Shown here in pieces: positions 48,753-59,163 of a stretch of DNA of 64,000 nt. The position numbers and the translations under genes were made by a program. How positions within the stretch are numbered: position 1 is the stretch's first letter; each line of letters opens with the position of its first letter. The stretch lies in IMG/VR virus record IMGVR_UViG_3300007735_000917, positions 1 through 64,000 of that record. One strand, written 5' to 3'. The DNA is from a virus. Taxonomy: Duplodnaviria; Caudoviricetes. The notes beneath the pieces are model-generated. The model did no database searches. It was not told where the DNA came from and worked only from the letters and a program-made list of their open reading frames with translations.

Positions 48753-49340
48753 GTGAATCAATACGACAAATTTTTATTGGAAGCCTATAAAGGTGGATTA
48801 CGTGCGTGGTTTGGTAAAGGACCAGTGGGTAGTACCAGTGGCGGTGGTTGGGATCGATATGATAGTACAGGCAAAAAAGCGGGTAAATGCGGTGATGCTA
48901 AACAAGGAAGTAGTTACAGTGCCTGTTTAGGTAAAAAGTATGCAGCTAGATTGAGAGCTAAAGGTGGTAAAAAAGCAATTGCTAATTGGGTAAAGAGAAA
49001 GAAGTCTGCGCAAAGATCAGCTGGTAGAGGAGAAAAAGGAAGTGGTGGTAAAGGACAATCTCCTGTAAGAGTAAGTTACAAAGAAGAATTAAGTGAAATA
49101 TTTGTAATTGATCAACGAGAAAAGTTGAAACAAGATCTAATAAATTTTCTGCGTCAAGAATTTCAAAATGGCAATTTAAAAGCGGTTCACGGCGGCATAA
49201 GTACAACCGAATTTAAACCAGAAGATTGGTTAGAAGCAATTGCAGATCATACAATCAACCATTTGATTAATTATTTTGAAACTATACGTAGTCAAACAGA
49301 ACGTAATATTTACTCATCTGTACCTATATCTTCTAACTAA
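48753..49340 (+). CDS. Hypothetical protein, possibly virion-internal
   Basis: Likely GTG start after TATTTATT; GLRAWF..GGGW..GKCG..Y..C module. Confidence 0.65.
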   Translation: MNQYDKFLLEAYKGGLRAWFGKGPVGSTSGGGWDRYDSTGKKAGKCGDAKQGSSYSACLGKKYAARLRAKGGKKAIANWVKRKKSAQRSAGRGEKGSGGKGQSPVRVSYKEELSEIFVIDQREKLKQDLINFLRQEFQNGNLKAVHGGISTTEFKPEDWLEAIADHTINHLINYFETIRSQTERNIYSSVPISSN

Positions 49341-49400
49341 GATTATAATATTAAATAGTATTGAAAGTTAGATAGTTATATAGTAAACTATAAGAAATAT

Positions 49401-49700
49401 ATGAGTTACTATATCAAAGATACAACGATAAATAAGGTCGTAACATTTAACGATCTAAATGAGGTGGTTAATTACCTAGAAAATTTATGCATCAAGAAAA
49501 ATGGTAAACGTCGTAAAGACTTTATGTTTGATATGTCTGAACTTGGACATGGTTATGATGACCCACAGGGTATAAATTTTACCAATTTGATGAGTGATTC
49601 TTTTGAAGTTGGCGCATTAAAGAAAGATGGCAGGTTGGTGCGCACCAACATTCACGAATTGGCTAGAAATAACAAGTACCGTAGTGAAATGGGTGATTGA
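49401..49700 (+). CDS. Hypothetical protein
   Basis: 99 aa. Confidence 0.65.
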   Translation: MSYYIKDTTINKVVTFNDLNEVVNYLENLCIKKNGKRRKDFMFDMSELGHGYDDPQGINFTNLMSDSFEVGALKKDGRLVRTNIHELARNNKYRSEMGD

Positions 49701-49703
49701 TTT

Positions 49704-51311
49704 ATGATTAACTTGGATATCAAGTGGTCAGATCCAGTTCAAGTAGAAAAAAACGGAGACGTAACGTTTCAACGTGAATGGGTAATTACCCCATCTTACC
49801 TCAATCAGTTCTTTGCTTATTGGAAGGTAAACAAATTAATGTTGAAAAGCAAAGGTTACGGTGTCGTTAAAAGAGAACAAGACTGGGTTCTTACACAGAC
49901 TAATGATAATCCAACATTATTCAAAGATCCAAAAAAACCCAAGCAAAAGGTAGATGAAGCTCTACCTTTATATGAAGTTAAAACTCCAGATGGATTGCGT
50001 CCTTGGCAAGTTGGTGCGGTAAGTAAGATAGTATCATCACTTAAAAAATGGGGAGCTGCCGTTGATGGTAGTGACGTAGGCATCGGCAAGACTTATACTG
50101 CAACAGCTGTAGCTAGAGAATTAAATATGGACATTATGATTGTATGTCCTAAAGCAGTTAAAGAAAGTTGGAAACGGGTTATTAAAAATCACTTTAAGAT
50201 GTGGGGTAAGTGTGTGGGTATTACTAACTATGAATCTTTACGCACTGGTAAAACAGACAATATGTTTGCATCATATGTAAAACGTAGAGATACCCACCGT
50301 AAAGAATTCGTCTGGAAAATTCCCAAAAATACTTTAATCGTTTGGGACGAAGCACAAAAGTTAAAGAATGCCAAGACCAAAAATAGTGAAATGTGTATGG
50401 CAGCACTCAAACAAGGTTACAAGATGTTGTTTTGTAGTGCTACTATGGCTACCAATCCACTTGAACTACGTACAGTAGGACAATGTATTCAACTGTTCAA
50501 GAACAACAAACAGTATTATGAATGGGCATATGCACACGGTGTTGTAAAAGGTAGATTTGGATTAGAATTTCGTGGTAATGTAGATGCTTTAAAGAAACTA
50601 AGCAATGACATATTTGTTAACAGAGGCGTTCGTCTCAGTCGTGATTCCATTCCTAATTTCCCAGAAAGTCAAATTATCGCTGAATGTTATGAAATGGATA
50701 AAGAAGACCAAGATAAAATCAATTCAGCTTATGAAGAAATGCAACTTGAGTTGTTGAAGATTGAAAAACTACTCAAGAAAGATAAAAAGAGTACCGAACT
50801 AACAGCAATACTAAGAGCTAGACAAAAAGTAGAAATGATCAAAGTACCATTATTTGTTGAAATGGTAGAAGAAGCTCTCGAAAACAATATGAGCGTTGTT
50901 GTGTTTTGTAACTTCTCGGAGACTATTGAAGCACTTAGTCAACGATTGAATACTAAGTGTGTTGTTAACGGTGAAGCAAAATACGCAAAGACGCGTCAAC
51001 AAAGCATAGATGATTTTCAGGCAGACAAACAAAGGGTTATATTGATAAATCTCGCCGCTGGTGGTGCTGGTTTGAGTTTACACGATGTTACTGGTAAGTA
51101 TCCTCGTTTGGCTTTGATCAGTCCATCTTACTCGGCTGTCAATATGAGACAGGCAACGGGTAGAGTATGGCGTGACAGTGCAAAAAGTAAAAGTATACAA
51201 AAGATTGTGTTTGTGTCAGGCACAGTCGAAGAAAAAGTATGTAACAGTGTAAATCAAAAGTTAGCTAACTTGGATTTACTTAACGATGGAGATATGAACT
51301 ATGTTAAATAA
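49704..51311 (+). CDS. SNF2-like superfamily 2 helicase
   Basis: LRPWQ, DVGIGKT, WDEAQ, SAT, GLSL, QATGRVWR. Confidence 0.9.
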   Translation: MINLDIKWSDPVQVEKNGDVTFQREWVITPSYLNQFFAYWKVNKLMLKSKGYGVVKREQDWVLTQTNDNPTLFKDPKKPKQKVDEALPLYEVKTPDGLRPWQVGAVSKIVSSLKKWGAAVDGSDVGIGKTYTATAVARELNMDIMIVCPKAVKESWKRVIKNHFKMWGKCVGITNYESLRTGKTDNMFASYVKRRDTHRKEFVWKIPKNTLIVWDEAQKLKNAKTKNSEMCMAALKQGYKMLFCSATMATNPLELRTVGQCIQLFKNNKQYYEWAYAHGVVKGRFGLEFRGNVDALKKLSNDIFVNRGVRLSRDSIPNFPESQIIAECYEMDKEDQDKINSAYEEMQLELLKIEKLLKKDKKSTELTAILRARQKVEMIKVPLFVEMVEEALENNMSVVVFCNFSETIEALSQRLNTKCVVNGEAKYAKTRQQSIDDFQADKQRVILINLAAGGAGLSLHDVTGKYPRLALISPSYSAVNMRQATGRVWRDSAKSKSIQKIVFVSGTVEEKVCNSVNQKLANLDLLNDGDMNYVK

Positions 51312-51636
51312 AAATAACTACTTGGTTAAATCCGCAAACTGGTCTATGGCAATATCAATTGACGAGACTATATTTGATGATCCTCATATAGAAGCTTGTA
51401 CTCGATGTATTGAAAATAAAATTAAAACCTTAAAAGAAGACGATGACTTTTTAGTTAATCCTATAATGGTTGTTAAATCATTAAAAAGGAAAAATAGCAA
51501 AGAAAAAATAGTAAATACATACAAAGTACTTTTGAATGCATCATTTCCATTTAGAGCGGAAACTCTACGTAGAGTATTTTACGATAGCACTGAAATAGAT
51601 TTAGCTAAAGAACCACTATCATCATCTAAATACTAA
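51301..51636 (+). CDS. Hypothetical protein
   Basis: 111 aa, overlapping neighbours. Confidence 0.6.
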   Translation: MLNKNNYLVKSANWSMAISIDETIFDDPHIEACTRCIENKIKTLKEDDDFLVNPIMVVKSLKRKNSKEKIVNTYKVLLNASFPFRAETLRRVFYDSTEIDLAKEPLSSSKY

Positions 51637-52379
51637 TGAACAATATATTCGATAACGAAGAAATAACTCGAAAGTTAAAAGAACTTGAAGACCTTAAAAT
51701 TAAAGTTGAAAAATTATTGTCATTGAGTGAAATTGGAGAAGATGTAAAACTTGAAATTGAACAAATAAGAATATTGCAGGGAAAAGGCATTACTATTCCC
51801 CACTTAGAAAACCAATATGCTGATCAGCTTTATCCAAAACGGCCAACAGATGGTAAAAAGAGAAAACCAATTACCGAATCTGAAATATTAGAAGCAATTG
51901 AACGAACAGTTTCAGCTAGACAAGCAGCAAAATTTTTGGGAGTAAGTTATCCTACGTTTAAAATGTATGCTAAAAAATACGGCGTACACAAAACAAAAGG
52001 ATGGCCCATTGTAAAAACTTCTCGTCCACGTGGTCCAATTAATCCATATAGAGGAAAATATCCTATTAATGATATATTGGATGGTAAACATCCTGAGTTT
52101 CCAGTACACAGACTAAAAGATAAGTTAATTAGATCAGGCATCAAAAAAGCAGAATGTGAGCAGTGTGAATTTAGAGAAAGACGTATACTGGATGGTAAGT
52201 TGCCATTATTGTTGAATTTTGAAGACGGTAACAATAAGAATCATAAAATAGAAAATATGAGACTGCTTTGTTACAATTGTACATTTACGAGCGGCAAAGG
52301 TTATATCAGCAAAGGACCAAAGATATTTGATCCTGATATACTACAAGATAGTAAAAAGATTTTGCGTCAGAGATTTTAA
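51636..52379 (+). CDS. HTH plus degenerate HNH zinc-finger protein
   Basis: ARQAAKFLGVSYPTF HTH; CEQC...LLNFEDGN..N..EN..LLCYNC. Confidence 0.7.
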   Translation: MNNIFDNEEITRKLKELEDLKIKVEKLLSLSEIGEDVKLEIEQIRILQGKGITIPHLENQYADQLYPKRPTDGKKRKPITESEILEAIERTVSARQAAKFLGVSYPTFKMYAKKYGVHKTKGWPIVKTSRPRGPINPYRGKYPINDILDGKHPEFPVHRLKDKLIRSGIKKAECEQCEFRERRILDGKLPLLLNFEDGNNKNHKIENMRLLCYNCTFTSGKGYISKGPKIFDPDILQDSKKILRQRF

Positions 52380-52399
52380 CAACCATACATAATATTACA

Positions 52400-52873
52400 A
52401 TGAATAATATAAATCATCTATTGTCTCAAAATGGCATACTATCATCATTCAATATATGTAAAAAAGTGAGTCCCACAAAAGTAAAGAATATAAAAAAGAA
52501 GTTGTTGAAAGGTGGTGTACCCGAAAATAAAATTGAAGATGAAGTGTATAAACATATTATAAATAATCACATAGATGATTCAATAATTGATGATATACCA
52601 GGAATAATATTAGAAGGTGTGCCACCTAAAATCAAAATTGCCCCAGCTGTTCAAAAGAAAATAGTTTCAGCTTCAAATGAGATTAGTGAATATTTTAAAA
52701 AGAATAAATTTACAAAGGAAGAAATAATATTGTATATACAAGCTGTATTTTTTCTTTGTGGTATCACAAATGACGATGTTGCAGATTTTAAAGAAAAATA
52801 TAATATTAATAACAGCAAAGATGAAGACTATTTAGATGAAGAGGACGAAGACGAAGAATCAGGTTTTGAATGA
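52400..52873 (+). CDS. Hypothetical protein with acidic tail
   Basis: 157 aa. Confidence 0.65.
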   Translation: MNNINHLLSQNGILSSFNICKKVSPTKVKNIKKKLLKGGVPENKIEDEVYKHIINNHIDDSIIDDIPGIILEGVPPKIKIAPAVQKKIVSASNEISEYFKKNKFTKEEIILYIQAVFFLCGITNDDVADFKEKYNINNSKDEDYLDEEDEDEESGFE

Positions 52874-53985
52874 AATATCTTATGGAAATATATAATATTA
52901 ATGACGTTGTTCCGTTTATGGAAAACAAAAAAGTTGCATTTGTTACAGGTGTGACTGGTCAAGATGGCAGCTTTATGGTAGATTATCTGTTGAAAAACAC
53001 AGACTATTTCATCGTGGGAGGTGCTAGAAGACTAAGTATCAAAAATCACGAAAACATTAGACACTTAGAAAACAACCCCAGATTTAAATTAGTTAACTTT
53101 GATTTGAGTGATGCACATAGTATTAGCAAAATTGTAGAAAAGTTAAAACCAGAGTACTTTATTAATTTGGCAGCACAGACATTCGTTGGTAGTAGCTGGG
53201 ACTTTCCAGCTCAAACTTGGGAATGTAATACTACTGGGGTAATTCATATTCTAGAAGCTATTCGTCAACACAAACCAACTTGTAGATTCTACAACGCCGG
53301 TTCATCCGAAGAATATGGTAATGTCGCTTATGTTCCTCAAGATGAAAATCATCCATCCAAACCTCGTAGTCCATATGGAGCAAGCAAATCAGCTGCTAGA
53401 CAACTGGTTAAAGTATACAGAGAAAGTTATAATTTGTATGCGGTACAAGGATTGTTGTTTAATCACGAAGGTACTAGACGAGGTGAAGAATTTGTTACCC
53501 GTAAGATTACCAAGGGGGTAGCTAGAATTAAAAAAGCAATATCTGAAGGTAAAAGCTTTGTACCAATTGAATTAGGCAATGTTAAAGCTAAAAGAGATTG
53601 GAGTGACGCTGAAGACTTTGTAGATGGTATTTGGAAAATGTTAAATCAAACTCATCCCAATGAATATGTACTTTCAAGCAATGAAACACATACCATCGCA
53701 GAATTTGTACAGTATGCATTTAAAGTTGCTGATATTGACGGTGGATGGCACGGAGAAGCAGAATCTGCGGAGTTTAGTATTACCACAAAAGATGCTATTA
53801 AATATGAACCAGTGGCATCTGTATTGGTAAAGATCAATCCTAAGTTTTATAGACCCGCCGAAGTAGATTTATTGTTGGGTGATAGTACCAAAGCTAGAAA
53901 CGAATTAAAGTGGGAACCTAAAACTTCATTTGAACAGCTTGTAGAAAAGATGGTCAAGAATGATTTGACTCAAATTGGTTTATAA
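52870..53985 (+). CDS. gmd: GDP-mannose 4,6-dehydratase
   Basis: VTGVTGQDGS, NLAAQ, PRSPYGASK, LFNHE..RRGEEFVTRKIT, RPAEVDLLLGD; exact start uncertain. Confidence 0.95.
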   Translation: MKYLMEIYNINDVVPFMENKKVAFVTGVTGQDGSFMVDYLLKNTDYFIVGGARRLSIKNHENIRHLENNPRFKLVNFDLSDAHSISKIVEKLKPEYFINLAAQTFVGSSWDFPAQTWECNTTGVIHILEAIRQHKPTCRFYNAGSSEEYGNVAYVPQDENHPSKPRSPYGASKSAARQLVKVYRESYNLYAVQGLLFNHEGTRRGEEFVTRKITKGVARIKKAISEGKSFVPIELGNVKAKRDWSDAEDFVDGIWKMLNQTHPNEYVLSSNETHTIAEFVQYAFKVADIDGGWHGEAESAEFSITTKDAIKYEPVASVLVKINPKFYRPAEVDLLLGDSTKARNELKWEPKTSFEQLVEKMVKNDLTQIGL

Positions 53986-53994
53986 TTATAATAT

Positions 53995-54414
53995 ATGAGT
54001 GAATCTTATACATTATATAATCAAACAGTAATGGATCATTTTATGAACCCACGTAATATGGGTGATATAAAAGAAGCAGATGCTATTGGTGAAGTTGGCG
54101 CAGCTGCTTGTGGAGATATAATGAAAATTAGTCTCAAAATAGATGAAACAACCAATCGTGTAATTGATGCTAGATTCAAGACATTTGGTTGTGGTAGTGC
54201 TATTGCAGCTTCATCTATGGCTACAGAATTAATAAAAGGTAGAACAATAGAAGAACTTGAAAAAAACTTTAGTAATAAAGAAGTGTTGGATGCTTTAGGC
54301 GGAGAAGAATATTGGAAATGTAATCTTCCTCAAAAAATTCACTGTAGCGTACTCAGCGAAGAAGCAGTTTCAGCGGCAATCGAAGATTATAAACGTCGTA
54401 AAAATATTTTGTAG
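53995..54414 (+). CDS. iscU: Fe-S cluster scaffold IscU/NifU-N
   Basis: DHFMNPRN.G, ACGD, FKTFGCGSAIAASS, KIHCS. Confidence 0.93.
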   Translation: MSESYTLYNQTVMDHFMNPRNMGDIKEADAIGEVGAAACGDIMKISLKIDETTNRVIDARFKTFGCGSAIAASSMATELIKGRTIEELEKNFSNKEVLDALGGEEYWKCNLPQKIHCSVLSEEAVSAAIEDYKRRKNIL

Positions 54415-54443
54415 TTTTACTGGGGGTAATACTACTTATATAT

Positions 54444-55199
54444 ATGGGCGAAAAACGATTAAAAATTAGTATTACCAAAAAATGTGAAATATGTGGAATT
54501 GATTTTGAAGCTTGGTATAAAAAAACTAAAAGTTGTTCAAAAGTATGTAAAAACGAATTAGCTAGAAAAATAACACAAAAACAATTTTCTACTTTAGAAT
54601 CTAGAAAAACTCATTCTTTAATAACAAAAAAATCAATGGAAGATCCTGTTGTTAAAAATAACTTTAAAACAGGAATGTCTACTAGAAGATCTTATAAAAA
54701 AGAAAATCATCCTAGATGGGGAATCAAACTGGACGATAGTACTAAACTAAAAATTTCTAATGGCAATAAAGGAAAAGCTAAAGGTAAAACTTGGGAAGAA
54801 AGATATGGTATAAAAGAAGCTAATAAAAGAAGAAAAAATACGGCTGATAGAATGGCTAAAACAAATAGTATTCTTCTCAAAAAAAGAACCTCAAAGTTAG
54901 AAAAACAATTTTTAATTGAACTAAAACAAAAGGGGTACAAATCAAACAAAAAAATATCAAAGTATACGGTTGATTATGTAAATGAAAAAACGAAACACAT
55001 TATAGAAATAAACGGAGATTATTGGCATTGTAATCCACAATTATTTAAACCGGATTACTATAATAGTTCTATAGGAATGACAGCTTCAGAAAAATGGAAA
55101 TATGACGATGAAAGAAAACAATATCTTGAAAATTTAGGATACCGTGTTACAATACTATGGGAAACCGATTTAAAAAATCAAAAAAGAAAAGGAATATAA
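54444..55199 (+). CDS. Vsr/DUF559-like endonuclease with NUMOD3-like region (homing endonuclease-like)
   Basis: CEICG..CSKVC; HPRWGIK; VDY..IIEINGDYWH...GYRV..LWE. Confidence 0.8.
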   Translation: MGEKRLKISITKKCEICGIDFEAWYKKTKSCSKVCKNELARKITQKQFSTLESRKTHSLITKKSMEDPVVKNNFKTGMSTRRSYKKENHPRWGIKLDDSTKLKISNGNKGKAKGKTWEERYGIKEANKRRKNTADRMAKTNSILLKKRTSKLEKQFLIELKQKGYKSNKKISKYTVDYVNEKTKHIIEINGDYWHCNPQLFKPDYYNSSIGMTASEKWKYDDERKQYLENLGYRVTILWETDLKNQKRKGI

Positions 55200-55202
55200 A
55201 TT

Positions 55203-55463
55203 ATGTTTAACAATAAAATTGATGGAATGGGACAAGCTCCAAATGTTAACTTTGGATTGAAAGATACACAATCTGTGCAATGCACCGAATGTCAAGGTGC
55301 GGTTTTTCAAAACGGAGTTATGTTTAGAAAAGTAAGCAAAATATTAGCGGGTACCGATAAAGATGCATTGGTGCCAATTAATATTCCATACTGCGTAAAT
55401 TGTTTGGAACCATTGGATGATCTGTTACCATCCGAATTAAGAAAACAAAAGTTCAGTCTCTAA
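55203..55463 (+). CDS. Zinc-ribbon hypothetical protein
   Basis: CTEC...CVNC. Confidence 0.65.
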   Translation: MFNNKIDGMGQAPNVNFGLKDTQSVQCTECQGAVFQNGVMFRKVSKILAGTDKDALVPINIPYCVNCLEPLDDLLPSELRKQKFSL

Positions 55464-55466
55464 AAC

Positions 55467-55489
55467 AAAACCCCCGAAAGGGGGTTTTT
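55467..55489 (+). terminator. Bidirectional terminator
   Basis: AAAACCCCC-GAAA-GGGGGTTTT between convergent genes. Confidence 0.88.
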
Positions 55490-56878
55490 TCATTTGTAGT
55501 TATATTTTTGTTTAATGGTTTTTGGATAGTATCGTAAAACATCCAAAACGTCTTTGTCATTATATGTTGCCCATTTTTGCCTATCATCATTATACCAGTT
55601 ATGATATACCTCCATATTAAATGGAGACTCCAATGTGTAATCTATTAACGAATCGGTGAGAGACAAAAATTCTTTTTCTGCACCAAATTTACCGCATATG
55701 ATTCTGTTACCAATCTTTTTAGCGGTATATGTACATAAACCAAATCCTTCACCTCTGTTTAGAGTAAAATAAACATCTCCAAATTCGTGTATTAAGTTTA
55801 TTTCATCATCATTTAAGTCATCAAAGCAAAATATAATTGGTGGGATATTATCATATGCATTGAGAAGTTCTGCAAATTTATACTTCAACATTTCTTTTTG
55901 AGAAGCGGTAAATTCTTTGAAATATGTTTTGATAAACAAACACACATTATCATCAGCTGTGAATTTTTTACAAAAAGTAGAAACAACTTGATTTAGGTTT
56001 TTTCGTTCGTTATACTGACTTATGTTATAATAAACGGTATTATTATCCAATATTGTTTTAATAAAAGAATCTGATTGAACATATCGGTTGTCTTGATATA
56101 AATAAAATTTATTTAAAACGCTGGATACATTTAAATCTTTATTGTTTACAAAGCTAAACACATCGTGATACCATATATTAATCTTTTTATTAATACCACT
56201 TTCTGTAAATGTCTTTTTATTAAAATGTGACGGCACAATTACTTCGTGTACAATACTAGAATTGATAAATTTCACCCAATCTTCGTGTAAGTGTGTTGTT
56301 TCCCAGGTTGTAAGGCCGTACACTTTTTTTGCAATTCTAAAATATTTTCCAACATCGTCCCACCCACTGGGGATGTTATGTACTATTATCGAATCGTAAA
56401 CTATATTAGGATCGTATTTATTTTCGCAGTTAAAAACTTGCAACTCCTCATCATTACACGGTTTATATGTAGAAGTTCCAAATAAATTATTTATCCAATG
56501 AACTTTAAAATCGTTTTGTAATAATTGAAATATATAATTTCTAGCGGAATAACTATATCCACTGTAATTATTTTGGGAAATATAAAGAACATTTTTTCCG
56601 TTTATAAAACTAAAATTTTTGAAAAGATGTGTAAATATTACTTCGTATGTATCAAGTCTTATTATTTTAAATATGATGTCATTTTTGAAAAAATCCACAC
56701 CTTTGTTTAAACCTGAATAATATCCAACATTAGCGTGTAATGTTATGAGTTCACTGTGTTGTGGTATTTTTGTAATATAATCTTCCCATAAAAAAAGTGC
56801 CGGTACATCATTAATATCGGGCGCAATCAAAACTTCAATATTAAGAGGGGAATTTTTAGCCTTAATTAATTTTACCAT
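55490..56878 (-). CDS. GT-B (family 4-like) glycosyltransferase
   Basis: SGY..SAR, TTWET, IVPS.FN, ERKN, RGEGFGL. Confidence 0.85.
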   Translation of the reverse strand: MVKLIKAKNSPLNIEVLIAPDINDVPALFLWEDYITKIPQHSELITLHANVGYYSGLNKGVDFFKNDIIFKIIRLDTYEVIFTHLFKNFSFINGKNVLYISQNNYSGYSYSARNYIFQLLQNDFKVHWINNLFGTSTYKPCNDEELQVFNCENKYDPNIVYDSIIVHNIPSGWDDVGKYFRIAKKVYGLTTWETTHLHEDWVKFINSSIVHEVIVPSHFNKKTFTESGINKKINIWYHDVFSFVNNKDLNVSSVLNKFYLYQDNRYVQSDSFIKTILDNNTVYYNISQYNERKNLNQVVSTFCKKFTADDNVCLFIKTYFKEFTASQKEMLKYKFAELLNAYDNIPPIIFCFDDLNDDEINLIHEFGDVYFTLNRGEGFGLCTYTAKKIGNRIICGKFGAEKEFLSLTDSLIDYTLESPFNMEVYHNWYNDDRQKWATYNDKDVLDVLRYYPKTIKQKYNYK

Positions 56879-56899
56879 AACAAAAATAAATATTGTATG

Positions 56900-57238
56900 C
56901 TAATCAAGCAACATTTTTTTATTATGTACCTTTTCGTCAACAATGCCCATTTTTCCTTTAAGCATTTTTAATGCTGATTTGGGATTCATTTTACCAAAAT
57001 TAAAGCCCATTATACCATATTGTTGACAAAACTCTTCCAACGCTTGTATATCTTTAGGGTCGTATTGTTCTACTTGTGCATTAATATAACCATTTTCATC
57101 AGACACATTTGATTGTTTGCGTCTCAACATAGCTTGATATGGATCAAAGCTGCTAATAGATGATACAGGCGCACTCTGTTGACGCATTACCATCATAGCT
57201 TGTAAGTTGCCCATAGGCACTGTTGGCCATTCATTCAT
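56900..57238 (-). CDS. Hypothetical protein
   Basis: 112 aa. Confidence 0.65.
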   Translation of the reverse strand: MNEWPTVPMGNLQAMMVMRQQSAPVSSISSFDPYQAMLRRKQSNVSDENGYINAQVEQYDPKDIQALEEFCQQYGIMGFNFGKMNPKSALKMLKGKMGIVDEKVHNKKMLLD

Positions 57239-57241
57239 AAC

Positions 57242-59146
57242 TTAGAAATAAGTTGTAAAACCAAAGTATTCAGCTAAAAACCTTTTCAAGAACTCTGAGT
57301 TTCTACCCTTTAATTCTTTACCACCGGCATATCTCTTATACTGACTCTTCATACCTTCCAAATCATTTTTCAATGCAAATTCGGTAAACTTAGGAAATTT
57401 CTTCAATGTACCCATATTGAATACAAAGTCAACAAACATTTCTTCTTGTTGAGGAGTTAATTTAACACTACCAAGTTCTTTATAAACTTGTTGTTTTGCC
57501 TTTGCCAAATCTGTCTTTAACAGAGATTCAGCTTGAGCATCTGTTATACCTTTACTAAAGTCTTCTCCTTTTTGTATTTTATGACCGTATCCAATGGTAT
57601 CACTTCCACCCTCAAAACTTTTGTGTGGAAACCAAAGTTTCTTTTCAGCATTATATCCGACTTTGCCTTGATTTTCCACTTTCTTAATGTAGTCCATAAA
57701 AGACCCAACCGATTTTTGTACACTTTGTGTTATAGCGGATTGATCTGCGGGTTTTACTTTAGATGCATCGACTTTACCAGTCATTGCGCCTAAACCAATT
57801 GCGCCAGCAGCAACCCAGTCTTTCCAACCTTCTTCAAGGTTTTTAGAGGACAAAATTTGTTCAGCTAATTCCAATTGTTCAGCAAAACTAAATTCAAAAT
57901 CTTTTAATAATTTACCTTTTCCACTTGCTACTAATCTTATTTCTTTATCTACTACAAAGTCTTCGATTGCTTGTTTTGTACTTCTACCCAATTTAGACAT
58001 TGTAAAGTCATAGTTTGGTAAATTTGAAAGTGTAAGAAATCCAGATCCAATGTCGTGAATTGCTCGTACATATCCTTTTGCAATTGCATTTTCGTATGTA
58101 TCCACTAAAGTTGAGCCAACTAAAGATCTATCTATTTTTGCGATAGATGATTCGTGACTATTTCCAGCATCCACAACATTTCCACTTGGAGTAAACCAAT
58201 ATTTCTTAGTATCATATCCTTCATCAAGTGTACGACCTTCTGCGCCAAAATGATCCAAGTGATGATATACATCATCCAAATATTCACCTGCCAAGTTCAA
58301 CTTAGATTTTACCCAATCTTCCAATTGAGTATTTGGTTGCAACATTGTTTCTAATTCTTTAGCATCACTGTTAAGTTGTTTCAAAGCACCCATAGCCATA
58401 CTGCTATTGAATTCTTTTAACATATGACGTACAACAGCTTCGTATATCTCTCTTACTGGCTTACTTTGTGTGTGTTTACCAGCTTGTCTTAGTCTTCTGG
58501 CTTTACAATGTGCCTTTTGACTAAAACCTTTTGGGTTACTACAGTTGATACTCTTTTTGTAACTATTTGTCCACTTTTCATCTATCTGATCATCAGTAGT
58601 ACCAGCTTCCTTTTCATCACGATAAAACTTCAAATAATCTCTCACTGTGGCTACATAATCACAAGCGTGATTTAACTTAGCTTTTACCCAATCTTCCAAG
58701 TTATCGTCTACAGAAAACATCGATTGTAGCTTTTCACTATAATCGATAATTTTCGTAATGTCGCTTTGAGACATTTCTGCATTTTCTGCTTTTAAATTAT
58801 TAACTTGATGTTTAATACGATTTATTTTAGACATAAGTTCTCTTAAAGATCGATCTTCCCAACTATTAAGATCTATTTTACCAGTTTGATGCAACTTAAC
58901 TAAATCACTATGATTGAACGAATACTTTGACAAATTTTTTAATTTGTTTGTTAGTTCTGGAAATCGATCACCCAATCCCACAATAATAGATCCAACAGAA
59001 CTTTGTGTAACAATGTCGCCAGCAGGTATTTTACCTTTTCCAATTGCTTTTATTTTTTCAAGTTTTGAAATCATTTTTAAAGCATAATCTTTATACTTTT
59101 GAAATGCTTTATAATTTGCTATCGATGAATTGTCTGTTTCGTTCAT
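57242..59146 (-). CDS. Modular protein with C-terminal lysozyme (GH24-like)
   Basis: E...SFEGGSDTIGYGH..IT..QAE.LL..DL..DFVFNMG; duplicated LEDWVK.KL motif. Confidence 0.8.
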   Translation of the reverse strand: MNETDNSSIANYKAFQKYKDYALKMISKLEKIKAIGKGKIPAGDIVTQSSVGSIIVGLGDRFPELTNKLKNLSKYSFNHSDLVKLHQTGKIDLNSWEDRSLRELMSKINRIKHQVNNLKAENAEMSQSDITKIIDYSEKLQSMFSVDDNLEDWVKAKLNHACDYVATVRDYLKFYRDEKEAGTTDDQIDEKWTNSYKKSINCSNPKGFSQKAHCKARRLRQAGKHTQSKPVREIYEAVVRHMLKEFNSSMAMGALKQLNSDAKELETMLQPNTQLEDWVKSKLNLAGEYLDDVYHHLDHFGAEGRTLDEGYDTKKYWFTPSGNVVDAGNSHESSIAKIDRSLVGSTLVDTYENAIAKGYVRAIHDIGSGFLTLSNLPNYDFTMSKLGRSTKQAIEDFVVDKEIRLVASGKGKLLKDFEFSFAEQLELAEQILSSKNLEEGWKDWVAAGAIGLGAMTGKVDASKVKPADQSAITQSVQKSVGSFMDYIKKVENQGKVGYNAEKKLWFPHKSFEGGSDTIGYGHKIQKGEDFSKGITDAQAESLLKTDLAKAKQQVYKELGSVKLTPQQEEMFVDFVFNMGTLKKFPKFTEFALKNDLEGMKSQYKRYAGGKELKGRNSEFLKRFLAEYFGFTTYF

Positions 59147-59163
59147 AGATCTTAATTTGAATA

